Source of the DNA: Candidatus Moranella endobia PCIT
GTDB lineage: Bacteria; Pseudomonadota; Gammaproteobacteria; Enterobacterales; Enterobacteriaceae
Length of the DNA: 32,000 nt
Direction of reading: 5' to 3'
Assembly (NCBI RefSeq): GCF_000219175.1
Contig: NC_015735.1
Coordinates: 420,001 to 452,000 of the forward strand
This document shows positions 10,730 to 21,714 of the stretch, piece by piece; within the stretch, counting starts at the first letter, position 1, and each line of letters starts with the position of its first letter. The notes under the pieces are model-generated. The model made no database searches. It worked only from the letters and a program-made list of their open reading frames with translations, and was not told where the DNA came from. The position numbers and the translations under genes are program-made.

Positions 10730-11845
10730 TCAGTGAGACAATGGCTGACGTGCTTCAATGATACCGCCGCCCAAACAATGTTCCGCCACATAAAATACTG
10801 CCGACTGGCCTGGCGTCACGGCAGCCACCGGCTGGTCAAAGGTAACCTGCAAAGATTCAGCCGACTGCGGCGTTACCATACAATTGATGTCCGGCTGACG
10901 ATAACGAGTTTTCACCGTACAGCGTAATGCTGCTGTAAGTGGTTCTCGATCGACCCAGTGTAGCCGGCTGGCGATAAGACCAGTAGACATCAACCGTGGA
11001 TGTTGGTTACCCTGGGCGACAAGCAATTGGTTATTGTCAAAATCTTTCTCCACGACATACCAAGGGTCCTCGCTACCGTCACTGGTACCGCCTATGCCAA
11101 GCCCTTTACGCTGACCTAACGTGTAGTACATCAATCCCTGATGACGACCTAACTCCTGACCGTTAACTGACATAATTACCCCTGGCTGTGTCGGCGGCAG
11201 GTAGCGACCGAGAAAATCGCGGAATTTTCGCTTACCGATAAAACAGATGCCGGTGGAGTCTTTTTTGTCAGCGGTAGCCAAACTAAGCGCTGCAGCGATG
11301 TATCGTACTTGCGGTTTGGCTAGTGTCCCTATAGGGAACAGGCAGCGCGCAAGCTGCTCATGGCACAAAGTGTATAGAAAATAACTTTGGTCTTTATTTT
11401 GGTCCAGACCGCGCTGTAGTTGGCTTTTGCCGTCTACATCAGTACAGCGCACATAATGGCCAGTAGCGATAAAATCAGCACCTAAATCTTCGGTAGCAAA
11501 CTCTAAGAATGCTTTGAACTTGATTTCCTTATTGCAAAGAATATCCGGATTTGGTGTACGACCAACCTTATATTCTGCGAGACAGTGCAAGAAAACGTTA
11601 TCCCAATATTCGGCGGTAAAATTGACCGTACGCAGTATAATCCCCAGTTGATCACATACCGCTCTGGCATCTGCTAGATCGCTTGCAGCGTTGCAATATG
11701 CCTCATTGTCGTCTTCTTCCCAGTTTTTCATAAATAGCCCTTCAACCAAATATCCCTGCTGCTGTAGTAACCAGGCGGAAACGGAAGAGTCTACACCACC
11801 GGACATGCCGACAATTACTTTTTTTTTACTATTATTTGACATCAA
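10730..11845 (-). CDS. mnmA: tRNA-specific 2-thiouridylase MnmA
   Basis: [77 protein letters not shown] and [13 protein letters not shown]. Full length. Confidence 0.97.
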   Translation of the reverse strand: MMSNNSKKKVIVGMSGGVDSSVSAWLLQQQGYLVEGLFMKNWEEDDNEAYCNAASDLADARAVCDQLGIILRTVNFTAEYWDNVFLHCLAEYKVGRTPNPDILCNKEIKFKAFLEFATEDLGADFIATGHYVRCTDVDGKSQLQRGLDQNKDQSYFLYTLCHEQLARCLFPIGTLAKPQVRYIAAALSLATADKKDSTGICFIGKRKFRDFLGRYLPPTQPGVIMSVNGQELGRHQGLMYYTLGQRKGLGIGGTSDGSEDPWYVVEKDFDNNQLLVAQGNQHPRLMSTGLIASRLHWVDREPLTAALRCTVKTRYRQPDINCMVTPQSAESLQVTFDQPVAAVTPGQSAVFYVAEHCLGGGIIEARQPLSH

Positions 11846-11993
11846 ATGATTCTCACAAACATGATGTTAGCCGTACGACACAGTCAAGCTGAACTGTGCG
11901 CCACTAGATAGATGTACGCTCTCGATGAGATGTCTATTTTCTACACTCGCAAAAGATAAAAAAACCTTACTGTAAACTTGTTAGTTTCTAGCA

Positions 11994-14171
11994 TCATGTC
12001 TTGGTATTGGTAAATGAGCGTTCCGCTTGTGTCGCTTGTATGGCGGTCAATGCGATAGTATAGACAATATCATCCACTAGCGCACCACGCGACAGGTCAT
12101 TGACCGGCTTGCGCATTCCTTGCAGCATTGGGCCGATGGAAATCAGTTCTGCCGAACGTTGTACAGCTTTATAGGTGGTATTGCCGGTGTTTAAATCTGG
12201 GAAAATAAAGACCGTTGCTTTACCAGCTACCGGTGAGTTGGGCGCTTTCAACAGAGCAACATCTGCCATAATTGCGGCATCATACTGCAGCGGTCCGTCA
12301 AGGAGCAGGTCTGGGCGTTTTTTCTGCGCCAGATAGGTAGCTTCACGCACCTTATCTACAGCGCTACCGGCACTAGAATTACCCGTAGAATAAGAGATCA
12401 TAGCAACCAGCGGCTCAATACCAAAGGCTGAGGCTGAGTCAGCCGACTGAATGGCAATTTCCGCTAGCTGTTCTGGGGTAGGATTAGGGTTGATGGCGCA
12501 GTCACCGTAAACTAATACTTGTTCAGGCAATAACATAAAGAACACTGATGATACCAGTGAGTTGCCCGGTGCCGTCTTGATTAATTGTAACGGCGGGCGG
12601 ATGGTTTCTGCTGTCGTATGTACCGCACCTGAAACTAGACCGTCCACTTCGCCCTGCTCCAACATCAGCGTACCAAGCACCAAGTTATCTTCTAACTGTT
12701 CGCGCGCCACTCTTTCTGTCATACCTTTCGTGTTGCGTAGCTCTACTAGGCGGGCGATATACTTATCACGCGTTACTGCTGGATCTATAATTTCGATGCC
12801 GTTACCAAGCGTCACTCCTTGTATCGAAGCCACACGACTAATCTCATCATGGTTACCTATTAGGACGCAATGAGCAATGCCGCGTTCGGCACAAATGGCT
12901 GCCGCATTTAAGGTACGTGGCTCGTCGCCTTCCGGCAGCACGATCCTTTTACACGCCTGGCGCGCAAGTTCAGTCAACTGATAGCGGAACGCTGGTGGTG
13001 ATAGGCGGCGACGCGGCAGTTCTGCTTTAGCGGGCCGGTATTGAAGCCAAAGATTATCTATATAGCCAGCAACATAGTTGCACACTTGTTCCAGCCGGCT
13101 GTGGTCGTCAGCCGGCACTGCCAGGCGGAAACGTTGCAGGCGAAGAGCAGTATGCCAGGTGTTAGTTTGTACGATAAATACCGGCAGACCGGTCTGGAAG
13201 GCTCGGGCGCATAAATTCTGCATGCGTGGATCAAAGTCATCTCCGTCGGTCAGTAGCACCGCACCAATTTCAACACCGTCCATCGCTTTGAGGCAGGCCG
13301 CAACCAGCACGTCGTGACGTGCAACAGAGATTACCAGCAGTGAGCCAGAGCGTAATTGCTCTAACATGCTTGGCAGACCCATAGCACCACCAAATGTGAT
13401 GGATGTTACGCGGCGTGTCTGCATTTCACCTTCGTTGATAATAGTGGCACTTAAGTGTCTGACCATGTCGATAGCTCTAGGTGCAATAAGATCAACATTC
13501 CATGGTATGCAGCCTAGCACCGGCACCGGGCTTGTTTGAATTAGCAAACTTTGGTCTAATTTGGTTACGTTGGCTTTGCTGGTGCTGGCATTGTCAAAAA
13601 CTTTAAATAGGTCCATACAAGCGCAACATTGGTTATTATCCACCGGGGCGTTCCATTTATTGATGATAACGCCAGTTATGTTTTTATTTTTGCTGCCCCC
13701 GAATCCTAAGCGTACAAGCTCTATGCGTTCTTTTAGTTGGGTGAGTGAGTCTTTACCCTGTGAGAGCAAGAAGACGATTTCGGCGTTCAGCATGCGAGCA
13801 ATTTTATCGTTGAGCACCGTGGCCAACTGATGTTTGTTAGTGGGCACTAGACCTTCTACTAGCACGACTTCGGAATCTTTCGTATTTGCATAAAAATTGG
13901 CGATTATTTCTTCCATAAGGACGTCTTGCTGATTAGAGCCAAGCAGGGATTCAACATAGCTCATGGCAAGAGGTTGTACGGAGGAATTCGCGCTGATCAT
14001 ACTACTGGTTGTGGTGACATTGAATGTATACTGATCGCCGCCTGGCTGTTCGATTGGTTTAAAAAAACTTAGGCTGACACCTTGTTGCTTCATAGCTCGG
14101 ATCAAACCAAGTATGACGCTGGTTAGACCAACGCTGGGACCGATGGGGATCAACATTATTATACGGGACAC
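11994..14171 (-). CDS. pta: Phosphate acetyltransferase (long form with N-terminal regulatory domains)
   Basis: N-terminal [19 protein letters not shown], central DRTAGG-like region, and C-terminal [56 protein letters not shown] and [25 protein letters not shown]. Adjacent to ackA. Confidence 0.95.
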   Translation of the reverse strand: MSRIIMLIPIGPSVGLTSVILGLIRAMKQQGVSLSFFKPIEQPGGDQYTFNVTTTSSMISANSSVQPLAMSYVESLLGSNQQDVLMEEIIANFYANTKDSEVVLVEGLVPTNKHQLATVLNDKIARMLNAEIVFLLSQGKDSLTQLKERIELVRLGFGGSKNKNITGVIINKWNAPVDNNQCCACMDLFKVFDNASTSKANVTKLDQSLLIQTSPVPVLGCIPWNVDLIAPRAIDMVRHLSATIINEGEMQTRRVTSITFGGAMGLPSMLEQLRSGSLLVISVARHDVLVAACLKAMDGVEIGAVLLTDGDDFDPRMQNLCARAFQTGLPVFIVQTNTWHTALRLQRFRLAVPADDHSRLEQVCNYVAGYIDNLWLQYRPAKAELPRRRLSPPAFRYQLTELARQACKRIVLPEGDEPRTLNAAAICAERGIAHCVLIGNHDEISRVASIQGVTLGNGIEIIDPAVTRDKYIARLVELRNTKGMTERVAREQLEDNLVLGTLMLEQGEVDGLVSGAVHTTAETIRPPLQLIKTAPGNSLVSSVFFMLLPEQVLVYGDCAINPNPTPEQLAEIAIQSADSASAFGIEPLVAMISYSTGNSSAGSAVDKVREATYLAQKKRPDLLLDGPLQYDAAIMADVALLKAPNSPVAGKATVFIFPDLNTGNTTYKAVQRSAELISIGPMLQGMRKPVNDLSRGALVDDIVYTIALTAIQATQAERSFTNTKT

Positions 14172-14261
14172 GGCTAAATCTCTTTCTATTTAAAATTAAC
14201 AGATTGCTATTCAGGCAAAAATGCCACCACCGGACACCGCCGATGAGGTAATCGAGAATAA

Positions 14262-15464
14262 TTACGCGGTTAAACGCGCCGCTTCCTGGGCGATAACCAA
14301 CTCCTCGTTAGTTGGGATAACGATTGCCGGCCGGCTGGCGTCAGTGGTAATGACGCCAGCATGGCCAAAACGCGCCGCCAGGTTACGTTCAGGATCCAAA
14401 TCAAAACCGAGCAGCGCCAGTTTTTTCAGCGATAGCTCGCGTACCATCGCAGCGTTTTCACCAATGCCACCGGTAAAAATAACCGCATCCAATTTTCCAT
14501 CCATCAGAGCACTATAGGATCCGATGTATTTTGCTAGACGATGGCAGTAAACATCCATGGCACGGCGAGCAGCGGCTTGATCGCGGTAATTCTCTTCAAT
14601 ATAGCGACAGTCGCTGGTAACTCCGGTCAGTCCCAACAGCCCGGACTCTTTGGTCAATATGGTCTTTATGCGGGCAACGGACAGGCCTAAAGCTTCGTGT
14701 AAATGGAAAATGATAGCTGGATCAAGATCGCCACTACGGGTTCCCATCACTAAACCTTCAAGCGGGGTCAGCCCCATGGACGTATCTACGCACTGACCAT
14801 TGCGAATAGCGGACACGGAGCTACCGTTGCCTAAATGACAGGTGATAACATTGAGTTGGTCAACTGACTTGTTAAGCATCTTGGCCGCTTCGCGGCTGAC
14901 ATAAAAGTGGCTAGTGCCGTGGGCGCCGTAGCGGCGGATCGCATGTTCTTGATATAAATAATAGGGCAGGGCATAAAGATACGATTCTTCCGGCATGGTC
15001 TGATGGAAAGCAGTATCAAAAACCGCTACGTTTTTTTCTGCCAGCTGCGGAAACGCTTTTAAGGTTGCGCGAATACCGACAAGATGCGCCAGATTATGCA
15101 GGGGCGCAAAAGGGATAGCATCCTCTATACCTGTTATGATGTCATCATTGATAATAGCTGACTGAGTAAAACGTTCGCCGCCATGTACGATGCGATGACC
15201 GATGGCAATTAATTGCCCTGACCATTCATGGTTTTTTGCCAAAATATTGTTAACGATAAAGTGCAGTGCTTCACTGTGTGTGTTACCGGCCATCAACGCT
15301 GCGTCTTGCTTGTCACCATCTATCTTCCATTTGATGCGCGCTTCTGATTGATTAAACTCAGCGAGACCAGATAGATGTTCTTTACCATTATTGGCTACAT
15401 CAATAATGGCGAATTTCAAAGATGAACTGCCACAGTTAAGAACTAGTACCAGCTTAATCGACAT
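14262..15464 (-). CDS. ackA: Acetate kinase
   Basis: [111 protein letters not shown] and FTGGIGENA. Confidence 0.97.
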   Translation of the reverse strand: MSIKLVLVLNCGSSSLKFAIIDVANNGKEHLSGLAEFNQSEARIKWKIDGDKQDAALMAGNTHSEALHFIVNNILAKNHEWSGQLIAIGHRIVHGGERFTQSAIINDDIITGIEDAIPFAPLHNLAHLVGIRATLKAFPQLAEKNVAVFDTAFHQTMPEESYLYALPYYLYQEHAIRRYGAHGTSHFYVSREAAKMLNKSVDQLNVITCHLGNGSSVSAIRNGQCVDTSMGLTPLEGLVMGTRSGDLDPAIIFHLHEALGLSVARIKTILTKESGLLGLTGVTSDCRYIEENYRDQAAARRAMDVYCHRLAKYIGSYSALMDGKLDAVIFTGGIGENAAMVRELSLKKLALLGFDLDPERNLAARFGHAGVITTDASRPAIVIPTNEELVIAQEAARLTA

Positions 15465-15746
15465 GACAGTACCTACTGATTGTATGTAGTTAATAATTCA
15501 TCCAACATGCTTGCATCGGATATTGCTGCTTAACAGCATTGGGCTCTTATCCATGTTTTCTCGACTATGCTACGTTAACATAAGTAGGCTCCTTTATCAT
15601 ACATTCTCGCTGTCGCGTTCTACCTTAAAGCCTGTGGTGAGGTGACATAGATATCTAGTATCCTAGTATCTAGTTTTGCTGCTCGATCTCACTAGAGAAG
15701 AGAATAGCGCACATGATTATTGCTGGCTGTAAACAACCATTGTCAA

Positions 15747-15780
15747 GTGCGGTTATAGCCTCCTGTAGCTATAACCGCAC
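15747..15780. repeat. Inverted repeat, 13-bp perfect arms, 8-nt spacer
   Basis: GTGCGGTTATAGC-ctcctgta-GCTATAACCGCAC in the gap between ackA and ydjM. There is no T-run directly after it. Confidence 0.85.
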
Positions 15781-16318
15781 AGTGAGTGAAATCGCAATTT
15801 TAGCTGATTGCCGATGCCGTACGTAATGGTAGCTTTTCTGGTAACATGTGCCACGAGCACTTAGCAGATCAAAGAAAGCTGCCCATTTATCCGTTTCTAG
15901 GCTGTACTTTTTGTTCATAACATCACCACAAGTTGAGTCGCCGGCTTGCCGTGCCGCATGTAGCGTTTACCGGCGCTAAAAAATGTTTGCTGCTGAGGTA
16001 GTAAACCAGCCAGAGGTTATCATGCTGCGCCAGCTAACAAACTATAACTGACTGATTAACATGTGCGCTATTAGCTGCGTGTTCAAAAGAACACGGTTTT
16101 AACAAATTGTCCACAATCACATGATATAACTTATCGATTAAGCACGCGAAAATCTACTCTAAGATAAATTAGAAATTTAGGTGCACAGTAAAGAATCGAC
16201 GTTAACTTATATTGGTCACTCATACGTAGCAGCTGAGCCAGCTAGTAGCCAGCAAGTTAAAGTGAGCAACCAACAGAAAACTTGTATTCAGGTAGATTTA
16301 CCAATAATTATGCAGTCT

Positions 16319-16903
16319 ATGAACGCTGAAGGACATTTTATCTTTGCCTTTGCTAGTACTATTTTTGCCAAAAAAATTGCCCTAACGCCTATCCTGGCCA
16401 AGGGTGATTGGTGGCATATCATTACTGGTGGATTAATTACCTGCCTGCTACCAGATATAGACCATCCGAAATCGCTGTTGGGTCAGCGCCTAGCCTGGTT
16501 ATCTACTCCTATTGCTCGGTTGTGCGGCCATCGTGGTTTTACCCATAGCTTGCTTGCTAGCATCGCTAGTATTATTTTGTTCACCCTACCGCCACAAAGG
16601 TTTATTCCTATTGATGCTCTTCATGCCATGATTATAGGTTATTTAAGCCATATCTTAGCTGACATGCTGACTCCCACTGGGGTGCCGCTGCTTTGGCCCT
16701 GTCACTGGCGTTTTCGCTTGCCGATCGTCAGCCCTGCAAACAATAACCAGCTAGAACGTCTTTTGTGTATCGCTTCGCTCATTTTTGCTCTTCAACATAA
16801 GCCGATAGAAGATACGTCGATCATGTTACAGTATTTCGCAACTGCCATAGTGCCTAAAAGGACTATGGCAGTTGCGAAATACTGTTTAGTTTTAGACAAT
16901 TGA
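16319..16903 (+). CDS. ydjM: YdjM-like inner-membrane protein (DUF457 / putative metal-dependent hydrolase family)
   Basis: MNAEGHFIFAFASTIFAKKIALTPILAKGDWWHII, CLLPDIDHPKSLLGQRLAWLSTPIARLCGHRGFTHSLLA and GYLSHILADMLTPTGVPLLWPCHWRFRLPI match YdjM. The C-terminus diverges and is encoded by an inverted repeat. Upstream codons 16181-16318 lack homology. Confidence 0.88.
   Translation: MNAEGHFIFAFASTIFAKKIALTPILAKGDWWHIITGGLITCLLPDIDHPKSLLGQRLAWLSTPIARLCGHRGFTHSLLASIASIILFTLPPQRFIPIDALHAMIIGYLSHILADMLTPTGVPLLWPCHWRFRLPIVSPANNNQLERLLCIASLIFALQHKPIEDTSIMLQYFATAIVPKRTMAVAKYCLVLDN
16828..16885. repeat. Perfect 24-bp inverted repeat with 10-nt spacer overlapping the 3' end of ydjM
   Basis: ACAGTATTTCGCAACTGCCATAGT (16828-16851) / gcctaaaagg / ACTATGGCAGTTGCGAAATACTGT (16862-16885). 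Confidence 0.95.
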
Positions 16904-17362
16904 AGGAGATCAGTGAAGGTATGCAAGCGACCTACTTCGGTCGAGTATAGAGAATGGGATCGAAATTTCACGGTAATTAAATTGATATGTTGTGCGATCT
17001 TTCTCCTGTTAATTTACAGGGCTAGTTCAGAGTGAAACTTTATGCCTTGAACGAACCTGGGCCATGTCGTCTAGCTATCGCTGGCAGCGATGGCTAGACG
17101 ACACGCGTTTGCCAATGCGATTGGATGGATGTATCATAATAATGGATCTGGAACTAAGCATATTTTTTTGCACTTAGGGATATGGATACTCATTTAGTCT
17201 AAGAGCCTGTTAAATTTGGAACTCTATTTGAGTGCATTTGAGTTGGGCAGGCAGGATGGAATTATGCACCATAATAGGCACGCTAATAACAATAGATAAT
17301 AGCTGTTGTTTACTATCTTGACTACTGTGGTGGCTCGCTATGTTGAATTTTGAGGCAAAGTT

Positions 17363-19183
17363 GTGATCGAAAATTTGCGTAACATCGCCATTGTGGCACA
17401 CGTAGACCATGGTAAAACTACCTTGGTTGATCAATTATTACGCCAATCTGGTACGCTTAGTGACTGCACAGATGCCAGTGAACGCATTATGGACTCCAAT
17501 GATTTGGAGAAAGAGCGTGGTATTACCATTTTAGCTAAAAATACTGCAATCAACTGGCGCGATTACCGTATTAATATTGTCGATACCCCGGGACATGCAG
17601 ACTTCGGTGGTGAAGTTGAACGCGTGATGTCGATGGTTGACTCAGTATTGCTGCTAGTCGATGCCAGGGATGGTCCGATGCCCCAAACCCGTTTCGTGAC
17701 GCAGAAATCGTTCAGCTATGGCCTAAAACCTATCGTGGTCATTAACAAAGTTGACCGCCACGGCGTGCGTATAGACTGGGTGGTTGATCAGGTCTTCGAT
17801 CTGTTTGTCAATTTAGGTGCTACCGACGATCAGCTTAATTTTCCTATTGTTTACACATCAGCGCTTAATGGTATCGCAGGTCTAGAATATGAAGAGATGG
17901 CCGACGACATGACACCGCTTTTTGAAGCCATTGTGAAACACATCGATGCACCAAAGGTTGATGTTAATGGCCCATTCCAAATGCAGATTTCTCAGCTGGA
18001 TTACAACAACTATGTTGGCGTTATCGGAGTCGGCCGCATAAACAGCGGCTCGGTCAAACCAAACCAGAACGTGACCATAGTGGACATAGCAGGTAAACCA
18101 CGCCATGGTAAAGTTGGTCAGATTCTTGGCCATATAGGCCTGCAGCGTATCGAATACAAATTGGCAGAAGCAGGAGATATCATTGCGATCACCGGGTTGG
18201 GCGAGTTGAATATTTCAGATACTATTTGCGATCCGGCTAAAGTAGAATCACTGCCGCCACTAAAGGTGGATGAACCGACTGTATCTATGTTGTTCGGTGT
18301 CAATACCTCACCCTTCTGCGGTAAAGAAGGTAAATACGTCACGTCCCGCCAAATTCTAGCCCGTTTGCAGAAAGAACTAGTGCATAATGTGGCACTACGT
18401 GTGGAAGAAACCGCAGATAATGATAACTTTCTCGTTTCTGGTCGTGGAGAGCTACACTTATCGGTGCTGATCGAGAACATGCGTCGTGAAGGGTTCGAGC
18501 TGGCAGTTTCCCGGCCAAAAGTAATTTTTCGCACCGTTGAAGGCGTGAAGCAGGAACCTTTTGAGTTGGTAACGATGGATATTGAAGAGCAGCATCAGGG
18601 GCCGGTCATGGAAGCCATTGGTATCCGCAAAGGCGAGATACGTGACATGTTACCAGACAGTACAGGCCGTGTACGTCTAGATTATGTCATTCCAAGTCGT
18701 GGGCTAATTGGTTTTCGTACCAATTTCCTTACCATGACATCTGGTACCGGTCTGTTATATTCCACCTTCAGCCACTACGACAATGTGCGTTATGGGGAAC
18801 TCGGCCAGCGTCAGAACGGCGTGCTGATATCTAATGGCCAGGGCAAGGCGGTTGCGTATGCCCTGTATAGCCTGCAGGACCGCGGTCGTCTGTTACTGAG
18901 CCACGGGGCAGAAGTCTATGTAGGCCAGATTATCGGCATTCATACCCGCTCCAATGATCTGACTGTTAACTGTCTAACCGGTAAGAAGCTTACTAACATG
19001 CGCGCTTCCGGTACCGACGAAGCAACTACTTTGATACCGGCTATCCAAATGTCTTTGGAGCAAGCACTAGAATTCATCGATGATGATGAATTGGTGGAAG
19101 TCACACCCAAATCTATCCGTTTACGAAAACGTTATCTGTCTGAAAACGAACGTAAACGTGCTAAACGCGGCCAGGCCGGCTAG
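17363..19183 (+). CDS. typA: Ribosome-associated translational GTPase TypA/BipA; GTG start
   Basis: [107 protein letters not shown] and [17 protein letters not shown]. Starts GTG-ATC-GAA. Confidence 0.97.
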   Translation: MIENLRNIAIVAHVDHGKTTLVDQLLRQSGTLSDCTDASERIMDSNDLEKERGITILAKNTAINWRDYRINIVDTPGHADFGGEVERVMSMVDSVLLLVDARDGPMPQTRFVTQKSFSYGLKPIVVINKVDRHGVRIDWVVDQVFDLFVNLGATDDQLNFPIVYTSALNGIAGLEYEEMADDMTPLFEAIVKHIDAPKVDVNGPFQMQISQLDYNNYVGVIGVGRINSGSVKPNQNVTIVDIAGKPRHGKVGQILGHIGLQRIEYKLAEAGDIIAITGLGELNISDTICDPAKVESLPPLKVDEPTVSMLFGVNTSPFCGKEGKYVTSRQILARLQKELVHNVALRVEETADNDNFLVSGRGELHLSVLIENMRREGFELAVSRPKVIFRTVEGVKQEPFELVTMDIEEQHQGPVMEAIGIRKGEIRDMLPDSTGRVRLDYVIPSRGLIGFRTNFLTMTSGTGLLYSTFSHYDNVRYGELGQRQNGVLISNGQGKAVAYALYSLQDRGRLLLSHGAEVYVGQIIGIHTRSNDLTVNCLTGKKLTNMRASGTDEATTLIPAIQMSLEQALEFIDDDELVEVTPKSIRLRKRYLSENERKRAKRGQAG

Positions 19184-19616
19184 GAAGCACTTTACTGACG
19201 ACTGACGCTGTTTTTTTATTGCTGTCTCCCTGCGTAGCTGCGCCGTACGCCTGCAGTAGTAAATAACTAGTGAAGGTAAACAACACCAGCAGTTAACCGC
19301 ACAGGTTAAACCAGGTTAAACAGATAGCCTGAAATGTTCCGATACTACGTGGTTATTATAAATATTAACCACATACCATACTCCGCTTCATCGCTTGGAG
19401 ATTGGAGAAAAGTCCATAAATCATAAGTGTGGTGAAGTTAAGTGCTATCACTGTTAGTAAAATATCGATGTCTGATTATTTGAATATCGCGATACATAAT
19501 ATAACTTTAGTTGCTAATCAAGCTGTTAATATTGACATAGATAACCAACTGCTATACTGCTCTGGCCATCGAATAGAATACAGAGAACTATTTGTTAGTG
19601 CTGCCACTAAATATTT

Positions 19617-19642
19617 AACGGCATAACGATCGTTATGCCGTT
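19617..19642. repeat. Perfect 26-bp palindrome
   Basis: AACGGCATAACGATCGTTATGCCGTT is identical to its reverse complement. It lies in the non-coding region between typA and the pdxB pseudogene. Confidence 0.95.
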
Positions 19643-19870
19643 GATATGTTTGGCTACTGTCAACAATAATCTGCTTTTCAGGCAGGCTAACACATCAACG
19701 TTATGAATAAATTTTTTGAACAATTTGATTACCCAGTAGTACCCAGTAATTAATGGATGAAATGGCATGTATGCTGGTCCTGGAGACAATAAATTTGTTT
19801 TAGTGGCACAATATGTGTTGTTTGACCTTTTAACTAATCATGGTAAGTAATATGTCTTCTGGAGTATGAT

Positions 19871-20683
19871 GTGAAAATCCTGGTAGATGAGAATATGCCC
19901 TATGCTCAGGAGTTATTTGGTCGTTTGGGCGACGTGCAGGCTGTTGCAGGTAGAGATATTAGCACGCCAGCGCTATCGTTGGCGGACGCACTAATAGTGC
20001 GGTCTGTGACCCACGTCGAACGCGCCCTCCTAGCCGGAAGCCGGGTAAAATTTGTGGGTACTGCCACAGCTGGTACTGATCATGTTGATAAAAATTGGCT
20101 AGCACAGGCCGGGATTAGTTTTGCTGCTGCACCAGGCGGTAATGCTATCGCAGTGGTGGAGTATGTTTTTCCGCGCTGCTGTGGCTAGCTCAGCGGGATG
20201 GTTTCGCTCTGCGCGACAAAATCGTCGGTATTGTTGGCTGGTAAGGAACCGGCGCTGTTGTTAGCGCTCCTGGCGAGAGTTGATATCGGTACTGCTCATA
20301 TTGCTGGTTATACGCTGGAAGGCAAAGCGCGCGGTACTACGCAGGTCTTTAACGCTTACAGTGCTTTTATCGGCAACGACGCTTATGCGAGTTTAGCAGA
20401 ACTATTGCCACCGCCAGCGGTGGAAAGTATCCGTCTGCGCGGCGCTATTGACGAAGAAGCGCTGCGCCGGTTAGCGCATCTAGTCTATGATTTGCGGCGT
20501 GATGACCGGCAGCTGCGTCAAGTTTCTGGCCGATTTGGTGCCTTTGATCAATTGCGTAGACATTATTCTCAGCGTAGAGAATGGTCATCACTATGCGTGG
20601 AGACCGACGATGAAACCAGCGCGGATACTCTGCGGCAAATTGGCTTTCGAGCCAGTTCCGCCGCCATGAAGTATGGTCTTTAA
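19871..20683 (+). pseudogene. pdxB: Erythronate-4-phosphate dehydrogenase pseudogene: frameshift plus deletion of the NAD-binding domain
   Basis: [22 protein letters not shown]...[39 protein letters not shown] (frame 2), then [25 protein letters not shown] (frame 1), then [43 protein letters not shown]...[37 protein letters not shown] (frame 2). The central Rossmann domain is missing. Confidence 0.93.
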
Positions 20684-21467
20684 AATGAAGCTAGCACTAG
20701 GTATTGAGTATAACGGCAGTGCTTATTCCGGCTGGCAACGCCAGCCGGAAGCGCCGAGCGTGCAGGCTTGCCTTGAGCGCGCGTTGTCGATAGTGGCCAA
20801 CGCGCCAGTGATAGTCCACGGTGCCGGTCGTACTGATGCCGGCGTACACGCTACAGGCCAGGTGGTCCATTTTGAAACCTGGGTGCGCCGGCCGGAATCG
20901 GCCTGGACACTTGGCGTCAACGCCAACCTGCCAGCAGATATTACCGTACGTTGGGTGGTACCGGTGGCAAAAGAGTTTCACGCGCGTTTCAGCGCCACCA
21001 CCAGATGTTACTACTATGTTATTTATAACCATCGCCTGCGGCCAGCATTAGTAGCACACGGGTTAGCTCACTATGGTCGCACACTGGATGCGACGTTGAT
21101 GGCGCGCTCCAGTCAATGTTTATGGGGGGAGAACAATTTTACCTCTTTTCGATCCCTTAAATGCCAATCACGCAGCCCCTGGCGTAACGTACATCATTTG
21201 CACGTCAAACGCCAGGGGAACTATGTAATGGTGGATATAAAAGCAAATGCTTTTGTTCATCATATGGTGCGTAATATTGTAGGAAGTTTGTTGGAGGTAG
21301 GATGTGGTAAACGGCCAGAAAGTTGGATCGCTGAACTACTGTTTTGTCGTGACCGAACGCAGGCTGGCGCCACTGCACAGGCTAAGGGACTTTACCTGGT
21401 GGCAGTAGAGTATCCGTCGCGTTTTTCCCTGCCAACAACGCCGCAGTGGGCGTTATTTCCAACTTAA
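20673..21467 (+). CDS. truA: tRNA pseudouridine(38-40) synthase TruA
   Basis: [43 protein letters not shown]-like [42 protein letters not shown] and [21 protein letters not shown]. The start may be ATG 20673 or ATG 20685. Confidence 0.96.
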   Translation: MVFKMKLALGIEYNGSAYSGWQRQPEAPSVQACLERALSIVANAPVIVHGAGRTDAGVHATGQVVHFETWVRRPESAWTLGVNANLPADITVRWVVPVAKEFHARFSATTRCYYYVIYNHRLRPALVAHGLAHYGRTLDATLMARSSQCLWGENNFTSFRSLKCQSRSPWRNVHHLHVKRQGNYVMVDIKANAFVHHMVRNIVGSLLEVGCGKRPESWIAELLFCRDRTQAGATAQAKGLYLVAVEYPSRFSLPTTPQWALFPT

Positions 21468-21714
21468 TATCTAGCTAGATTAGCAGTAGAGGTAGATAGA
21501 TCTATTATTTTATTTGACGTTTGAAAATTTTCGCTCGAGCTATAGCTCGGTTTTGAAGCGCTGGTATTCATAACCCCGGGACTGCTATTGCTGGATGAAC
21601 CAACTGCCAAAATTTCGACATTACGCTCAATCCAGATAAAATAACCCACAAGCTAACTTGTTTGTACGATCGGAGATGAAATTAGTTGGCCTGGTAGTAA
21701 GTAATAGTGGGTAC

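Noticed and set aside
12562-12873. 103-aa ORF antisense to pta, and similar antisense ORFs in pta/mnmA/recJ/typA/sufB
   Set aside because: They are shadows of conserved coding sequence with no independent support.
15655-15673. CTAGTATC-CTAGTATC-TAG short tandem as a candidate repeat element
   Set aside because: Only two 8-bp units; consistent with simple slippage in non-coding DNA, and not a CRISPR or iteron array.
20198-20683. 161-aa ORF as a possible independent gene
   Set aside because: It is the C-terminal part of the pdxB pseudogene; its first residues come from the wrong frame.
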